Assembly: GCF_052425735.1 (NCBI RefSeq)
Contig: NC_135770.1
Coordinates: 21,647,813-21,702,000, forward strand
DNA from: Oculina patagonica
Taxonomy: Eukaryota
DNA: 54,188 bases
Direction of reading: 5' to 3'
The translations under genes and the position numbers were made by a program. Below the pieces are notes generated by a model, which saw only the letters and a list, made by a program, of their open reading frames with translations, did not search any database and had not been told where the DNA came from. This document shows positions 39,801 to 51,910 of this stretch, piece by piece; the first letter of the stretch is position 1; the number at the start of each line of letters is the position of its first letter.

Positions 39801-42800
39801 AGACAGAGCGAAACGAAGATTTCATACGACCGCGAAACTGAAGCACCTTTAAACCAATCCCAGCCCGAAGGACAACAAACTTGCAGTGGTCTCGTATTCA
39901 AGTTTTCTCCAGACGATTCAGCGTCGATAATCGCTGAGGCAAACCTTGACGCACAAACAAGTACGTTGAACATAATTTTCAAGAAGTGGAACACCGTATT
40001 AGTTGGCAACTCAAACGCTGGACAAGTTGACTGTAATTGTCATTTTGACAACAAGCAGAGTCCACAGCAAAAACGTTCCTTCGACAAAGAAATTCAGTCA
40101 GACAGCGGTCCAAAGGAAGAGTATTGTGAACAACAGAAGACAATAACAAAAGACGAAGAATACCAACTGCAGCCTTTTTTGAATGAGGCAAACAGGCTCT
40201 GTAAAGAGGCTCCACCAGATGAAATTGTTGTTGATGTCGAGCCACAGTTACCTTTAATCAAAATACAAGGATATCTCAACGGATCGCATTGCGAGCAAAT
40301 CGCTGAACAACTTGAAGGTCTACAAGACGATGGACAGTTTGATAAACATGATCGTTTGGTTACTTCGTACTTGAACCATTCATCGTGCAAAGACATGGAA
40401 TTAAGCTTAAAAATTGAGCGCGGCGTGGCCTTTTCTTACCAGAAAAAATTCAAACAGAGCAAACGCGTTTTTACATCAGTAAAAAACTTTGATACCATCT
40501 CTCAGGTAAGAAATGCAAACATTTTACTAGCCAGAGCCTACTATCGACTCGTACAAGACTTTAGATATCGAAAAAATAAGAAACTATCCGCTCTTTTTTA
40601 CTGCATGGAAAAAAGTGAGTTTTTACTGCAAAACCACGACTCGCCGGAGGACTGGGCCGAAGTGTATTACAACTATGGCTCACTTTGGTTAGCGTATATG
40701 AGCATCATTCCGGATGACGAGAGAAATGCGCAGGCGCGAGACGACGCCAGGAGAAAGGCGAGATATTACTTCGAAATGTCAATTGAATCCTGTAAAAAAG
40801 ATCCTCGATTGAGAGTGCAGATTAAAAAACAGATATACGGTCACCTTCGAGTCGCTGCAGTGTTACTTGACTGCACCTCAACTGTCGCCCGAATTCGAAG
40901 AAAAGTCATTCCTCAGCAAGATATTGAAGATGCGAGAAAACACCTTAATATTTTGGAGCACCGACTTAGCAGCAACATTCCTCGAGGTACACACGTACAG
41001 ATTTTGAAAACGCGTTCTGACCAATACTATCGCCAAGGACCAGGCATGTATCAACTGGCCAAAGAAACTGCTCAGGAAGCTTTGAGAATTGCACGTTGCC
41101 ATGGATTTAACACTGAACTGGAATCGCTTCAAGAGCGAATCGATTTTCTTGATCAGTTGTGCGAAGAAGCAGTGTGCAAAGAAAGGATAACGGTGCTCGT
41201 TGATGGTGATGCTGAAACTTCTGGTAACGACGCCAGCTGTGAAACAAGCGGCAGTGAAAACTGAAAAAAAAAATGTAAAAAAAGCCAGACCCCAGTTGCT
41301 AAAGAGACTTCAAACTGTCCATAAACATAAACTAATTCTATACTATTACAATTTAATGTTAGCTGGAAAGGGAATAATAAAATTACAATTCCAAGAATCG
41401 AAAGTGTTCTGCAAAAAAAAATATGAATGGTATTCATAATTCATTAAGGGACTATCCCTTTTACCAAATAATAATAATAATAATAATTACGAATTTGTTG
41501 TGCGCAAATTCCATACGTAAATGTTCAAATGCGCATTACAAAAAAACAAAAAGTTAAAATTACAGCTTAAAAATTAAAATTCTTAAAAACTAAGTTATAG
41601 GTTGAAAATTACAACTGAAGTTATTACACCCCTCAGTAACAGATCCAGTGGAATCTTAATCCTCGCCGGGTTTGTTAGGGGAAAAAATCACTGGGTTGGC
41701 CAAATTTCCACTGGGTCGGCTTATTTTCGACTAGGTTTTTGTAATAGGTTTATTCCATGAGGGACTCCTGGTTTATTCGCGTACGATAAAAACATGGGCA
41801 ATTGTGGAGAATGCGGGGTTTTCTATTACTTTTTTCCGCCCGCAAAGAGGCTGCTTTATAGTGACTAAACTGAAGTGAGAAAAGAAGAGTGTTGCAAGCA
41901 GTAGCGTAGCGAGGATTTTTTCAGAGGTACGCACAGTTTTTAAAATCATCCTCTACTGCACCCCGCCCCCTTCAAATCTGGACGCTATTGCTTTGCAGTA
42001 TTTTCTTTATCATCAGCCTAATGACACCATGTTGTATACTGAAGGCCTGTAGGAACGAATTTGAACCGAGGGCCCCAAAGTTTGCATTGTGATGAGATAT
42101 TATGGGCCGAAAGGCTTGTCGATGTCCGGGGGGGGGGGGCATCATCCCCTGGGAATATTTAAAAATTTTGATACGTTCTATAAATGCCATTCGTCGCATT
42201 GAGCAACCCCTATCGAAGTGCTTTTTCTTGACAATTTCGCTCCCGAATGGCTTTCCGTTCCGGAACTAGAACTGCTGGTAGAACTTTCTATAGCTTTCGA
42301 CTTTTGTAGAAACTGTTGTTTTTTTGTTGGTTTATTCGTTTTCAAAAATACGCTGGGGTTTTCAATTCACACTGCACAGTCACTGCACAGTCGCTGGGTA
42401 CTGGGGAGGCTAAATTTTCACTGGGAAGGGGAAAAATCCACTGAGTCGGGTTCCGCTGGGTCTGTTACAAAGGGGTGTTTTATTCTTATTATTTAATGAC
42501 TCGGATAGCAATATATTCTCCAAGATTTCTCACAAGTGGTTTGATTGCGTCTTCGGCGTCGCTTTCGTTTATGCTGTTTTTTTACATGTTCACTATGAAT
42601 TACTTTCACCAGCCTGAGTTTGTCACTTTTTGATGTGTAGGCGAGTCTCTTTTTACAATTGTTTTATTAGCATAATCGCTTCAGTCTCTTATCCAGCTTT
42701 CCTTGGAAAGTTGCGCCAAACGTGTTTCAAAACAATTTTTGTGTGACGCGGGTGAGGCTGAATTTCTGAATCCAGATCTCTAAATGAAACATCACAGGAA

Positions 42801-45800
42801 TTCAACAACTGAGTTCTAAATACATACACTAATGCCCTTGGCTACAACCTGATTTGACTTGTAATCAGTCAATGAGCTTAAATTATTTGTAGGTCTAGAG
42901 GCGACCCTTTCCAAATATTGGAAGATAATAAAAACACAACCACAATTTCTTTTCCCAAGAATCGGTAAAAAAAAAAGATGCAAAAAGATGCTATAAATAT
43001 GTTAAAAGCTGATGTTGCAACATAATTAAGTTAAGAAAGGTCTTATTTCATTTTCTTTTTTTATGTATCAGTCAATTCCAAGCGAGATCATCCCCCCCGG
43101 CCAACCCCCGGGCATTTGATCGCTACTGAAGCCCAGATAGTGGGGAATTTGATCGAACAGAAGCCCGGATGGTTGGACATTTGACCGAATAACCGTTGTC
43201 ACAAAATGTGTTATTAACTATTTAAAGCGCTAGCGAGCTCAAGCGCGTGAAGTTAGTATTTGGTTACGTTAATGTAAAGTACCTAGTTTCAACGTACCGT
43301 ATTTTCTCGATTAAACGCCCACGGCGTTTATTTCAAACTTGGCCCGATAGGGCCGGCGTTTATTTGAATTCAGGAGTTTTTTCAAGCCCTATGTTTCTAA
43401 GAAACGATTTTTATTCATTATTTTTGGCAGCTTTATAATTAGACATTGTTTTAAAATCATATTAAACCTTTAAAAATTGTTTAAGGGGTTTATTTTCAAA
43501 TACAACTTGGAGACCCGGCGTTTATTCGGGGCCCGGCGTTTAATCGAGAAAATACGGTATCTATCTTTTCCTATTAAAATTGGCTGATAAATAGGGCAGG
43601 AGTGTCCGTTTAGACCAAGTGTTAACGATAAGGTAACTGGTTGTTAGCGAATCCGCTCGTACTCGTAGGCAAAACGACTGCAATTCAACGAGAAAACCGA
43701 CTCACAATGACATTTCAGCCCCGACTGGTGGGGCATTTGACCATGCAACTGGCCCACATAGTGGGGAATTTGAACAGACATTTTGAAAAAAGACAAATGC
43801 CCGGGGGTTTGCCCGGGGGGGGGGGATGATCTCGCTTGGAATTGACTGACACATTTTACGTAAGGTTTCAATGGTCTGACCTCTTTCAATAAGGTATGAA
43901 ATTACTTGGGACCCAGCGCGGTTTAGTAATGAACTTTTTCAGCAATCAACATTTTACTTCCAATCTACAACAGTTTCAAAAAAGAAAAGCGGAGTTTATG
44001 GTAGAATTAGAAAAATAATGCCGATAACTCTTTCATACACTGAAGCGGAAAAGCGGCGTTTTACCTTTCAGAGCTTTCGAAACCTTTGTTTACTTGTTTG
44101 TTTTTTGTAGCTCGACTTACATGCAAATATCAATCATAAATATTTCAATCAGTTCTCTGCGTGCAAGTTTTCATGTAAGAAGCTCTGGCTTGAATTCAAA
44201 ACATTCCTCGGGGTATTAAAGTATGTTAACAAGTATCCGATGTCCTCGGAGATGATCTGGCAACACAGGCGCCTGAACTAGAACAAAACTGAACCGAATC
44301 GCGAACCAAAGATAGCCTGTGTACAGCCGTCCCACACAGGCTAACCAAAGGCAACTGAGCTGACAACAAAGACTGGTACTGTATCTTCATACATGAACCT
44401 TCAACGCAGACCGGAATGGAGGTTTCATCCGACCGCGGAACAGAGGTAACTTTAGAGCAACCCAAAACTGAAGGACAGCAATCTTCCAGCGATCTCAACA
44501 CCGCGTTATTTACGTTTCCTCTCAACGATTCTTCCTCGATAATTGCCGAAGCAAACCTCGACGCACAAACAAAGACGTTGAACGTGACTCTAAGAAACTG
44601 GAACGCAGTTTTAGTCGGCCACTCAAACAATGAACTTGACTGTATTCCTCATTTGCATCTAGACCATAAGCAAAATGCACCGCACAAATGTTTCAACGAA
44701 ACCCTTCAGGCTGACAGCGGTCCAAAGAAAGAGTTTTGCAATGAACAACAAAAGACAATAATAAAAGATGAACAAGAATACCAACTGCAGCCTTTTAGTG
44801 GGGCAAATAGACTCTACAAACAGGCTCTGTCGGGAGAAATTGTTGTTGATGTTGAGCCACAGTTACCTTTGATCAAAATACAAGGATATCTCAACGGATC
44901 GCAATGCGAGGAAATCATGGAACAACTTGAACGTTTACAAGACGATGGACAGTTTGAAAAACATGATCATCTGGTTGCTTCGTACCTAAACCGTTTTGCG
45001 TGCAGAAACAATACTGATATGGCATTAGCCTTGAAAATTGAGCGCGGAGTGGCTTTCTCTTACCAAAAAGAACACAAACAAAGCAAGCGACTTTTGACCT
45101 CAGTAATAAAATCTGACACAATTTCTAAGCTTAGAAATCCAAACATTTTATTGGCAAGAGCCTACTGTCGACTCGTTCAAGACTACAGATATAGAAAAAG
45201 TACGAAACTATCCGCTCTTTTTCATTGGGTGAGAAAAAGCGAGTTATTATTGCAAAACCATGAATCGCCTGCGGATTGGTCTGAAGTGTATTACAACTAT
45301 GGCTCACTTTGGTTAGCGTATATGAGAAAGATCCCAGATGACGAGAGAAATTCGCAGGCGCGAGACGATGCTCTAAGAAAGGCGAGATATTACTTCGAAA
45401 TGACAATCGAATCAGGCAAGAAAGATCCCCGATTGAGAGTGCAAATTAATAAACAGATATATGGTCACCTACGAGTCGCTGCTGTGTTACTTGACTGCAC
45501 CTCAACTGTCGCCCGAATTCGAAGAAAAGTCCTTCCCCAACAAGATATTGAAGACGCGAGAAAACACCTGGATATTTTGGAGCACCAACTTAGCAGCAAC
45601 ATTCCTCGAGGTACACGCGTACAGATTTTGAAAGCGCGTTCTGATCAATACTATCGCCAAGGACCAGGCATGTATCAACTGGCCAAAGAAACTGCTCAGG
45701 AAGCTTTGAGAATTGCACGATGTTATGGATTTAACACTGAACTTGATTCGCTTCAAGAGCGAATCGATTTTCTCGATTAGTTGTGTGAAGAAGAAGTGTG

Positions 45801-48800
45801 CAAAGAGAGGATTACATTGCTCGTTGAAAGTGACACTGAAACTGGTAACAATGCCAGCTGTGAAACAAGCGGCAGTGAAACTGAAAAGAAACTGGAAAAA
45901 CAGCCAGACCCCGGGTTACGAAAAGATAAAGTTTGAGACAATTTGCTAAAGTGACCTAAAATTTTCCATAAACATACCCTAATCCTATTTTTTTACAATT
46001 TAGTGTTAGCTGGAAAGGACAATAACTTAATCACAATTCCAAGCAATCAAAAGTGTACTGGGACAAAAATTGAATGAGTTATAATTATTAAATAAACTGC
46101 GGTTGTTTACTGGGATTTTGACCACAGGCAGACCACCTTATGTGTTCGTGGTTAGTAATCGTTCACATATACATAGGACGAACAAAAGAAATATGTTGAA
46201 ATCTATGAGAGTTATGAATAAGGCCCTGAAAATTACATTTCTAAATGAATCTCGTTCTAAATATTTCAATAAACGTGATTTAAATGTTTATCGACTCGTG
46301 TGTGGTGTTTGTTTGCGTTTCTGGGCCGTATTAATCGTTTTTGTCCTATCTTACGTTCGGCCGAAGGCCGGTAAGAGGAGAAAAGATATCTAGTTGAACA
46401 CTCGAAGATGAATTTCATATCTCCGCGCAACCAGTATTATATTCTCTATTTAATTCAGGGACTTTCCCTTTTACCCAAGTCAGCCATGGCTGGCTATTTT
46501 GTTGATCCTTTATTTGAAATATTCAAACAAATAAAGATTTTGAATATGATTGATAATTAATTCAGGGACTTTCCCTTTTACCAAAGTCAGTCATGGCTGG
46601 CTATTTTGTTGATCCTTTATTTGAAATATTCAAATCATTTATCCAAACAAATATACGTAAGAATCATGCGCCTCGGATAGTAATATATTTGACTGCGTGG
46701 CGTCGCTTTTGTTTTTGCTCTTTATGTTGGCTGCATGCTTACTATAACTTTTCGCCAATTTGCGTTTTTATAGAACGAAAGAAATGCGCTTGCGTGTTGG
46801 TTGGTGGAAAACGCTTGCGTGTTAGTTTAGTGTTTATCTAAATCGATTTTTTTATGGAGAACTAGACTGTTCCTCTTGAATCACGATATTGCATACAAGA
46901 TCGTGAAAATTGGACAAGGTAGGACTAGCAATGTTCTTTTAAGTATGTTTGGTATATGAGGCATCTAGGTAGTAAATGAAAAAGTGGCTAAGCTCGACTC
47001 CTGTTGAGAGATCTCGAATTTTTTTCCGAGAAACTTGTGTCAACCGAGGCCACCCCAATAAAATGTTTCGTTTTCCATCGCCCCGTCTCTTGTGATGGTG
47101 GGTGGTCAGTGGGTCGGATGAGTGGTGAGGTTCGACTCCCTGCTTACAGAACTTGAATTTTTTTTCCGTATACCTTGTGTCACTGCCTGGCTTACTGAAT
47201 ACATCTTTCTTATATTTCTACAAAGCATACATAACCAAACTTCTTTTAATATCAATAAAGTTTATCAAGTTGACAATGGATGGGAATAGAGCCGAAATCG
47301 TTAATGTGCGATCGTGATTCTCTTGATGTACGAATGGATTCTCATGACAAAAATTGAGAGAAATGTACGGTAGTAAGTAAGGAGAAAATTAAATTTCGAG
47401 ACAGGACTAAAAGGCTTGAGTAGAAATTGCTTAGAGCTGTCAAAGGCAAGCATTACAACAATGACAGACTTCAGAACGTGATTTAGTATTCAGGGACTTT
47501 CCCTTTGAACAAATTTATATACAAATACCGTAATTTATCCAAACAGATCATGCTAGTCATGTGCTTAGCAGGTGTTTTGAATGTTTTTTTCTTTTTAAAA
47601 AAAAAAAAAAAATATTCTTCTAAAACCTGCCAATTTTGTTTATTTGCTCTTTGGGAAAAACACTCATTAGCTAGTCGAGAAAGAGTGATTTCTTTGAGAA
47701 ATAAAATATCTACGAAGCTTATAAGATCCTATTAAAAGAAATGTTTTATGGAGCACTGAAATTTTCTCTTTCAAAACCGAATGCTAGACAACATGGCGTA
47801 TACAAGGGAAGATATATGATATTTTAATTTGTTTGGCGAGGTAAAAATCCGTGCCATGAAGGCTTTTTAACATTTGCATACGCAAAAAAATAAATTGTAC
47901 AAACGGTTTTATCACGGCAAGAAAACAAAAAGCATGGTTCAAAAGTATCCCGAGAAAACAAAGACTGTCTGCCGTTGCGCTTTTATTTCCAACCATTTCT
48001 ACTTGCGCCCGGAAAGTGGTAACTACGTAAGAACCAATGAAAGACACTACATGGATTTCTGTTGCCTTGAGTTATCATTATAGAATTTTTTTCGAATATT
48101 GAACGTCCCATTCTTTGATGGGAGGCGCGGTGGCCTAATGGTTAGAGCGCCGGACTCCGGATCGAGCTGTCCGAGTTCGAGCCCCGGCCGGGGTCACTTG
48201 TTTTGTGTTCTTGGGCAAGACACTTTAACTCTCATAGTGCCTCTCTCCACCCAGGTGTATAAATGGGTACCGGCGACATAATGCTGGGGGGGGGGGGGAA
48301 CCCTGCAATGGACTAGCATCCCATTCAGGGGGGAGTAGAAATATTCCTAGCCGCTTAATGCTACGGAAACCGGGATAAGCTCCGGCAGTGTGGGCCGCTT
48401 GGCTCGTGGCTTCTCCTTCATTCTTTGAGGATGGCTAAAAAGAGCGTGCGACGAGAGGAGTCTTTCAACCAGCTACAATGTACGCAAATACTGAATGCCT
48501 GGAGAGGAGGATGCTCTCTATGGTGAACTATGGTGAACTGGGGAGTCCGCCGGCGCGATAAGGGTACATTTTTCAGGTTGGGGGTGTATAAAAGGGCAGG
48601 AATTTTACGAGGTTAAGTATAGAAAAGGCTAGGAAAAACTGGCTTTTTAAAATATCTCAAACAGACGCTCCTACTGGCTGATTAAAGATAATGGGTAAGG
48701 GTTTGCACCTCGGGGCGAAGCCCACGCGTGTAAAACTTTTTTGAGTAACCCCCCCCCCCCCCCACCACGGGATTGAATGGCTGTTAGTAACACTAATTTT

Positions 48801-51800
48801 GGGCTTCATTATCTTACTTTCTGCAGCAGAAAGAGAGATTTTCTTTGACTTCAGCAAGAGTTAACACACGGGAAAGTTTTAATCACATGGACATGACACA
48901 CCGCCAGACATATGTACCACACAACTACGTAAGGCGGGACAGTCGTCGAATAAAATTGAAGTTTTTCCACGGCAGCTGAAGACGGACGAACAAGAACCTT
49001 TCAGGTGCATGCCAACGTCATTCGAATTGCCTACTAACCATTCAAACACACCAACAGCAGTACCTGCAAAAACAAATGTGGACCCGCAGCAGAGTGCGTC
49101 CTACTTGCATTGCCGAAGCAACCTGGGACACGCTTAAAAACACGTTGACATTAACCTTGAAGGGCTGTTATGCAGTTGTTGTTGGCAAGTCAGCTACAGT
49201 ACAGTGTCAAAGTAACCGCTGTGATCTTTGTTCGCATGGAGGGCAAATCCAAAGCAGTTCTTTTGACGGCAAGAAAGTTCAAACCACCAGTGACTCCAAG
49301 ATAGTGGATAGTAGTATTGTAGAACGAACAGAAATGTCAGCAAAGTAAGATAGAAAACATAGTCATGAATGTGAAGAGTCTCAAAAGCAAACCCCGAGCG
49401 CTGAATCTCTAGGTTTGGATGCCGAACTATCGTTGCCTTTGATTAAGAAACAAGGATATCTTAAGGGATCACAATGCGAGCGAATCATGGAACAACTTGA
49501 GATTTTACAAGACAATGGAAAGTTTGAACAACATAAGCGTTTGGTCAATTCATACCTTAACCGTTGTGAAGACAGGAAAAGCACTAACATAGGATTAACA
49601 AGAGAAACCCAACAACATCTAAATGAAGAACACGGCGCCCAATGCGAACAAGTGCTGAAGAAACTTGAACTTCTACAGAACAAAGGAAAACTCAACAAAG
49701 ACGTCGAGCATTTGTTCTCTTTATACTCACGGCTATGTCGAGAAAGGGAAAATGCTGACATGGAAATATCCCTCGTAATCGAACAGGGGGTATCGTTCAT
49801 GTACCAGAAAGAATTCAAGAAGAGCAAGCTCTTTCTAACTTCAGTGATAGATTTCGGCAGCTATTGCCAGTTAAGAAACCCAGCCATTTTAATTGCGAGA
49901 GCGAATTTTCTGTTGGTGGAAAACCATACACATATGTATGACAAAGATAAGAAAATTCAGTTCCTATTAAAATGTCTGGAGCACAGCGAAGACTTGTTAC
50001 AACACCACGATTCACCAGAGGACTAGGCCGAGTTATATTACAATTATGGTTCAGATTGGTTGGCTATCATGAGTGCGATCCCGGATGACGAGAGGCGTGC
50101 GCAGGCGCGAAAGCACGCTCGAGAAAAAGCGAGATTTTACTACGAGCGAGCAATTGCTTTCTGCAAGAAGGATCCCAGATTGAGAGTTCAGATCAAGAAG
50201 CTGACATACTGCCACTTAGGAGCTGCAGCAGTACTTCTCGACTGCACATCAACTGCATCACGAACGCGGCGGCAGAAACACATCACTCTTAACGATGTCA
50301 AAGATGCGCAAAGCCATCTGGACTTTGTGGAGCGCGTACTGGGCAACAACCTCCCATTAGGATCACGCATGCACCTCTACAAGACGCGCTCCGATCAATA
50401 CCATCGTCAAGATTTCTATCAACTGGCTAAGGACACTGCCGAGAATGCGTTACAGATTGCTTCCATCAATGGATTTAAAACGGAACTAGTCACGCTACAA
50501 GAGCGAATCAATTTCCTACAGTAAATGTTTGGAAGAAGATATCCGCCTGATGGCGGATAACAGTGAGGACTCAAATTCTGACAACGATGCAAGTTCTGAA
50601 ACATCTTGCAGCTAAACAAACATCAAACTCGTTAGCTTCTTATAAAAACCCGTTGGGTGCAAAAACTGGAAAAATTATGCTCAAACACCAAGCGGGCACC
50701 CAACGAACTAATTTGTCAGAATTCATCAGGAACTACAGTGGCCATGAATAAGAGCAAACCAACCAATAAAAATTCTTAAAATAATTGTGAAAAAGAAAAG
50801 CGCCCCCAAAGGGAAACGTGGTTCCTTCCTTTTTTTAGGGGGGGGGGGACGGCCAGGGAAAAGCCCCACAGCAGAAGGAAACGGAACACACCCAGGCAGG
50901 AGGAACCCCCGCCCCGGAGCCCAGACCAGCCAGGAGCCGGAGCGAAAGGGGGCCGACGCGGCACGGAAGCCCGCCCCCACCCCCACCCTAGGGTGCCCCT
51001 AACTTCCTAACGTTAATTCGACAAAACAAAAAGATAAAATGTACTCACCAGCGGATCTTATGGCCAAATGACTTGTTAAGCTAGAGGCCCAAAACACAGG
51101 AACAATACCATCCATATCAGACGGATCTCCATATTCCGGTCGATTGATGTCTTTTATCCCAATAACAGATGGATCTCCAATGTGTATCGGTGCTCCATGC
51201 AGAGCTCCCAAACGCGAGGTAACAGCGACCGTCCTTTCCAACAGTTGTTTAGGAATCGGATGCATGCATACCACCAATGGACAGCTAAACGGTCCCGCCT
51301 CTTTAGCTTGGATGTTTGTCTTGTACTGGGAGACGGCACGTTTCTTGTCCGCGCTTTGCACGGGAATTTTAGCAGCCAGGAGCTCTTTCTCTATGTGGCT
51401 GCTTATAGAGCCGATATAAAATGTAACCATGTCATTCCAGGGGAACTGCTCGAGATCTGCTACACGGCTGTCGTGAAGGCCATTCTTCAGGACGAAGTAG
51501 GAAGGCAGGAGCGTTCTACAGAAGAGGTGATCACGGTTATCAAATTATAACAAGCTTCAGCAGGTACAGAGAATGGAGAGAGGACTTATTCACGACTTTC
51601 TCGGCCTAAGCGGCCCGTTGTTGCCAGCCACCATTAAACCATTCTGAGTCACGACTGACCGAAAATGCCCGGACTCTGGGGACGAGTTGAAGTCACGATA
51701 CTTTGTACGAGCGCGTCCACGCGGAGATCCCCCATTAGCTCCTCCCGCAAGGGACAGCTTGTTTATTTCATGCACGTTTGAGGGGAGGGGGTGGGGTGGC

Positions 51801-51868
51801 AGGCACTTACTAGAGACTTGTTTTATAAATTATTGTGATAAAAATAGTTGCTCCTCTTTTGTGTTTCG

Positions 51869-51910
<42 letters not shown>

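Noticed and set aside
26691-45756. Recurrent minus-strand ORFs overlapping the array genes
   Set aside because: Antisense shadows that recur only because the + strand genes are duplicated
26422-45780. Calling the array proteins IFIT, NLR or transposase
   Set aside because: No recognisable NACHT/P-loop, DDE or RT motifs; the IFIT resemblance is organisational only and cannot be established without a profile search
48120-48195. tRNA gene
   Set aside because: It continues directly into a CORE-like SINE body
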